Assembly: GCA_002104905.1 (NCBI GenBank)
Contig: MCFE01000219.1
Span: forward strand, 60,252 to 124,251
DNA: 64,000 bases
Source: Basidiobolus meristosporus CBS 931.73
Lineage: Eukaryota > Fungi > Basidiobolomycota
Direction: 5' to 3'
Every line of letters starts with the position of its first letter. The stretch's first letter is position 1. The notes beneath the pieces were generated by a model, which had not been told where the DNA came from, made no database searches, and saw only the letters and a list, made by a program, of their open reading frames with translations. Both the position numbers and the translations under genes were made by a program. Positions 59,288 through 64,000 of this stretch are shown here, piece after piece.

Positions 59288-60973
59288 ATGAGCGAGTTCA
59301 TAGAGAGGTTCAAAAGATTTCGTGAATCTAAAACTGCAGTCTTAATTGTTGTAACAATGGCTATTTTCACGTATGTTTCGCGTTTGTAATTTGGTTAGTA
59401 GGCCGAACTTCTCTAACCTACAATTTATTTCCAGTGATATGCTCATTTACGGGATTGTGGTAAGAAATTGTACGGTATAGGTCATTTTTCCGGAATTTAT
59501 TAAAAGGGTTCTCTCTGGTAACCTTGTAGATTCCGATCCTTCCCACTATTGTAGAGGAAAAAATACAAGGTGATTCTACCACAATTGGTCTGCTAATGGG
59601 ATTTTTCGGTATGTACTCATTTATTGTATTCACAGTATTTCATTCATACCAACGATATTATAGCTGCCGGTTTGCTAGTGGCTACTCCATTCTTTGCGCT
59701 TTTAAGTGATCGCTATCGCAAGCGCAAAATCCCTATGCTTCTCAGTTTACTAAGCCTCTGTGTTGCATGTGCACTCTTCCCACTAGCTAATAAATTCTGG
59801 GAATTCTTGCTGATACGTATCATTCAAGGAGTTTCTGGAGCAGCTTCATGGGTAATTGGCATCGCAATGCTTGCTGATACCTTTCCCCCTCATCAGTTTG
59901 GAATTGCCGTAGGAACTGCAATGAGTGGTCATGGTGTCGGGTTCGCAATTGGCCCTACAATCGGCGGTCTGCTTTTTGAGCATTCCAGCTACGCCTCTCC
60001 ATTCATTCTTTGTGCTGCTATCGCCTTTCTCGATTTCCTAATACGGCTCATCCTTGCACCTAGCGATGCTCGAATGAAGGAGATGTCAGATGCCATCGAA
60101 GAGGAGACCAGGAATATGCAGGAAAATGCAAAGAAAACCAAAGTAGATACCGAAGCCGGAAACGAAATTGAACTTGAAAAAGAAGTGGGAATCGAGAAGA
60201 AGCCACTGAACATGATTACTATGTTAAAGCATTGGTCAATTGTCAAGTGTTGCTTGATAACGTTAATATCAACTGCTGCGTATGCCTGTAAGAGTTTTGT
60301 TGATTCTCTCATTTTGTTACTCTACATTTTCTAATCTAGGTTTCTCATAATTTCACTCAGGCGTAGAACCAACTCTGACAATATACCTCGGAACGGAGTT
60401 TAAATATAGTACTGGTGCAATTGGGTTAATATATATTGCACTTGTGGTTCCAAATGTCTTCATTGCCCCTGTTTCCGGCTGGCTGAGTGACCGTTACGGG
60501 CGTATGTTTGTATGTGGTATAGGCGTGACAATATTTGCTCTAGTCATCACATTCTTGGCGGTACCCAAGGACATATGGGGTGTTATACTTGTGATGATTT
60601 TTTGTGGTGGTGCCCAGTCAATGGTAAGTGAAAAATCTTATTCAATTTTAGGGCTTGTGGCTTACACTAATATTCGGCAGGCATTGACACCTGTACAGCC
60701 AGAACTTGGTGACTGTATTCGAAGCCTCGGAGGAGGTGCGTACGCGCAAGCTTTTGGACTATTCAACATGGCTTTTAGTGGAGGTACGGTTGTTCTCTCT
60801 CTATGGTTGAGCAGTAATAGTAATACTTGAATATTGCAGGGATGTTTATTGGACCCATTGTTGGGGGTGTTGCTTATGACAAAATCGGATTCATGTACAC
60901 GCTTCTCATTTTTGCCTTGGCAAACGCGGCTTTGATACCATTCGTTGTGGCCAAGCCACAAAGACAGTTCTAA
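59288..60973 (+). CDS. MFS transporter, SLC18/VMAT-like (DHA1-related), 7 exons, about 436 aa
   Basis: Exons 59288-59370, 59435-59459, 59530-59608, 59664-60287, 60361-60623, 60681-60783 and 60840-60973 (1311 nt, all GT-AG). Motifs: IFTDMLIYGIVIPILP, LLSDRYRKRK (MFS motif A), RIIQGVSGA, GPTIGGLL, VEPTL, GWLSDRYGR. Confidence 0.88.
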
Positions 60974-61275
60974 AATTTCAAGTCTATTGATACTACGATT
61001 CTAATACGCTCTGTTCAACCCACTCTTCAATGATTCATTATAGCAGCTTTTATTTCCAACATCCATCCAAACTCAACAGTTGATTCATTAGAAATATCAA
61101 ATAGACTCTGAGTAATACTCGAAATGTTATATTGTATAATATTTATAACTATCAGTGATAAATAATTATTTTCCACAAACATATATAAATATAAAGCAGT
61201 ATACTATGCTAGATAAGCATGTTACCTCTAATGCAAGAGAAAGCATATTTGTTCAGCCTATTTACACTACATTTT

Positions 61276-61450
61276 TGTTGTGAGAGTCTTGGAGATATTG
61301 GATACAATAAGTAGAACATGTAGGTTATGTGGTTTTTGTTAGAAGAGTTTTGGAGATTTTGTATGGAATTGGTAAAACAAGTACAATATGTGGCATTTGT
61401 TGCATATTCTGTAATTAAACCAAAATATCCACATAGCTTTGCCACATAGA
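61276..61450 (-). mobile_element. Two nested or degraded LTR fragments
   Basis: LTR-end motifs tgttgtgagagtcttggagatattgg (61276) and tgttagaagagttttggagatt (61337). Confidence 0.6.
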
Positions 61451-61524
61451 TCATAGTCTACAAATCTTAGAAAATTCTACCCAAGTTCCTTGATGATATT
61501 AACTTAGGGTGTAGGCATTGTAGC

Positions 61525-62481
61525 TGTGGTGAGAGTTTTGGAGATATTGGAAATGATTGAGTGAACAAGTAGACTTTGTGATTATCACTTAGTGATTTCT
61601 TGAATGCAAAGGTAGTTTTCATACTTCTACATGGTATTGGTAAACTAAGTATTTTGAATACACCAAGGAAGGTTTCAGCCACAAATGTGCAAAGTCAGGG
61701 GCTGTTTGGACAACTTGGAGATGTTTCCTGTTTTGGGTACCTGAAATATTTGGTGAAAACATTCTGAATATATCCTGATAAGATAGTTGTTCAGAACTCT
61801 GTAAGATCTATAGGTAATAATCCAAGTGACTAAGCTAGGGAAATATATAAATGTAAATACAAAATTTACAACACTCCCACTCTACTAAATAATCATATCA
61901 GCCAATGCCAATTGTGGTCTAGGATATTCAGTTTTGTATCCAGCAAATGGTTTGGTAAATATGTCTGCATTCATTTCTCCAGGGAGGCATGAACATTGTT
62001 TAGAGGTGAAATCTTTATCTAGTTATGAGAAATATCTGGAGAAGCCAAGTTAATCCATATAATTCCTAGAAAGCTAGGTCTGAGAGAAATTTTTGTTATA
62101 AGAGTCTTGAAAATATTGGAAGTGACTTGGAGAGCAAGTAGATTATGTGGTTTTCACTTAATGATTAATTGAATGTAAAAGTAGTGTTTATACTTTTACA
62201 TGGTCTTGGCATTACAAACATGTAGAATAGGTTAAGGAAGGTCCCAAAAGCATGTGTGCAAAGTTTGGGGCTGCTTGTACAACTTATCATACTTTCATCT
62301 TCTGGGTACCTGGTACTTTGGTGAAAATATTCCAAGTAAATTCCAACAAGGAATTTGGTCAGTATTCCCTAGGATTGGAAGGTAATGATCTAAGTGACTA
62401 AGATAGGTGAATATTTAGGTGGAATTACAAATATTTACAACAATTTCCAGGTATGCTATGCTTGAGAGTTAAGAAGCTCAG
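61525..62481 (-). mobile_element. 3' end of a copia element (3' LTR 61525-61873, PPT 61874-61883, RNaseH remnant); everything further 5' is missing
   Basis: The LTR is followed by CTCCCACTCT (reverse PPT) and a GEMNADIFTKP-coding segment. Homology stops at the non-LTR element. Confidence 0.8.
62094..62442 (-). mobile_element. Solo LTR inserted in the RNaseH remnant
   Basis: 349 bp, TG...CA, with TSD ATTTT/ATTTC. Confidence 0.9.
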
Positions 62482-63772
62482 TTAGGGGAGGGGGAACCAC
62501 CATTATATGTGATCTTTGTTGTCAATCATTTAGGGGGGGGGGAGACAGTCATCAACAGGTGAAATCTTTATTTCAGTTGAAACAAAGAAGCCAGTGCTAC
62601 TGATGTAGCTTTGATACAAGAGTGTGTAGCTGAGGGGAGTTTGTAGGTAAGTTTACCAGATGTGATGATAGTTCTTCAGTGCTCAACACACTGTTCAGTG
62701 GGAAGGAGGGTAGCAAGAGGGGTAAGAATGACTTGTGAACAACATTAATGAGGGGAATATGATATGGATTGATATTCATCATGAAGGGAGTATGCTGCTT
62801 CAGATATTGCTGCCAAAGGTCTGTCAAGTACTTCAGGTAGGCCAGCTTGGGTTTTTCTGACTGCAGAATATGGTAAGCAAACTTCTTGACTTCAGGATCT
62901 CCAAGTATAGTTCTCCAGCAGGAGTCAGGTGTAGTGTGGTGTGTTCTCTTCCAGGCCTTAATCAATGGGTTGTTGCAGTGGTGAAGTCTGAGATATAATC
63001 TGGTTCAAAGGTAGAGAAGTCTGATCTTATAGGGCATAAGCCCAAAAACACCAAGAATAGCATGTCTGTAGGGGCATTCAGGCAGATCAGGCACCAGGGA
63101 TGTAATGCACCATACTGCAAACCTGTCAGGCTTAGTGCAGTCTCTAGAAGTAAGAGAAAGAAGTGGTAAGCCAAATTCCAGGACAGGGAAGACAAACTGC
63201 CTGAGTAGAAGGAGGCAGCTGGGAGCTGAAGTTGTAGGAGAAGTTACAGCCAGTAGCTTGTGGAGTGCTTGTCTTGCCAGGATAATTCTCTTCTTAAGGT
63301 GTGCTCTAAAGTCTAGTCCAGTAGGAAGCAAAGGAAAGCCAAGATATGAAGCAGAAACTTGAGCAGTTAGAGTGCAGCTTTCTAAGTTGATAGGACAACC
63401 CAAAGGTACTGTCTTTGCAATGGAAAGCTGGAGATTATTCTTCTGCAGATACTAGTGGATGGTCTGGGAGTCTTGTTGCACATTGGAGGAGGATATTCTG
63501 ATGTCATCAGCAAAGAGAGTAACCAGGCAGTCAGCTGAGAGTCTTGGGAAATCATTCAGGAAGATGGCAAACAGGATAGGACCAAGCACAGAGCCTTGAA
63601 CCACTCCATTAGGAACTGAGAACACAGCTGATTGCTCACTTGGGTGCAGAATTCTTGCTTGTGGATCCAGAAACAGAGACCTGACAAGGAGGGTGAGAGA
63701 GGTACTGGAGGAGCATTGCAACTTGGACCAAAGCAGATTTCTGTCAATTGAATCAAAGGCCTTAGTAATATC
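62482..63772 (-). mobile_element. 5'-truncated non-LTR (LINE-like) retrotransposon abutting the telomere
   Basis: One reading frame 63772 to 62597 (392 codons) with two premature stops (63452, 63005): DITKAFDSIDRNLLWSKL (RT3), GVVQGSVLGPILFAIFLND (RT4), LFADD (RT5), KT (RT6), YLGFPL (RT7), PVLEFG. A ~115-bp 3' UTR ends in CCCCTAA. Confidence 0.9.
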
Positions 63773-64000
63773 TTAGGGTTAGGGTTAGGGTTAGGGTTAG
63801 GGTTAGGGTTAGGGTTAGGGTTAGGGTTAGGGTTAGGGTTAGGGTTAGGGTTAGGGTTAGGGTTAGGGTTAGGGTTAGGGTTAGGGTTAGGGTTAGGGTT
63901 AGGGTTAGGGTTAGGGTTAGGGTTAGGGTTAGGGTTAGGGTTAGGGTTAGGGTTAGGGTTAGGGTTAGGGTTAGGGTTAGGGTTAGGGTTAGGGTTAGGG
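63773..64000 (+). repeat. Telomere (TTAGGG)38
   Basis: 228 bp of perfect TTAGGG running to the end of the window, G-rich strand 5'->3' outward. Confidence 0.99.

Noticed and set aside
62482-63772. Penelope-like (Coprina/Athena) element or telomerase RT gene
   Set aside because: DITKAFDS, GVVQGSVLGPILF and LFADD are LINE-type motifs, not the PLE GxPMGSPLS or TERT patterns.
1-64000. tRNA, rRNA or snRNA genes
   Set aside because: No cloverleaf, A/B-box or rRNA-like sequence was recognised by eye; a tRNAscan-SE or Infernal run would be needed to exclude them.

Overview
This is the right-hand end of a fungal chromosome, finishing in 38 perfect TTAGGG repeats (63773-64000). Short GT-AG introns, a fungal-type tropomyosin and an SQEL-tailed H2A suggest an early-diverging fungus, possibly Basidiobolus-like; that assignment is inference only. 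Intact-looking host genes are two convergent C2H2 zinc-finger paralogues, an Aa_trans amino-acid permease, a five-exon tropomyosin with an internal duplication, a lone histone H2A, a hypothetical protein, a P5-type ATPase carrying a signal peptide and a Cys-rich ectodomain, and a seven-exon SLC18-like MFS transporter. A CpG-depleted transposon nest of about 20 kb (25.8-46.1 kb) can be resolved from target-site duplications into four levels: an old Ty1/copia element, a younger copia of the same family inside it, a CCCTA-ended EnSpm/CACTA element plus an inverted copia and a solo LTR inside that, and a solo LTR inside the CACTA. A 734-bp foldback palindrome follows the nest. The chromosome tip is a truncated copia, then a 5'-truncated non-LTR reverse transcriptase element whose 3' end terminates in CCCTAA-like sequence, then telomere repeats fused inside the RT coding region. 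All coordinates, splice models and alignments were read by eye, and no database searches were run.
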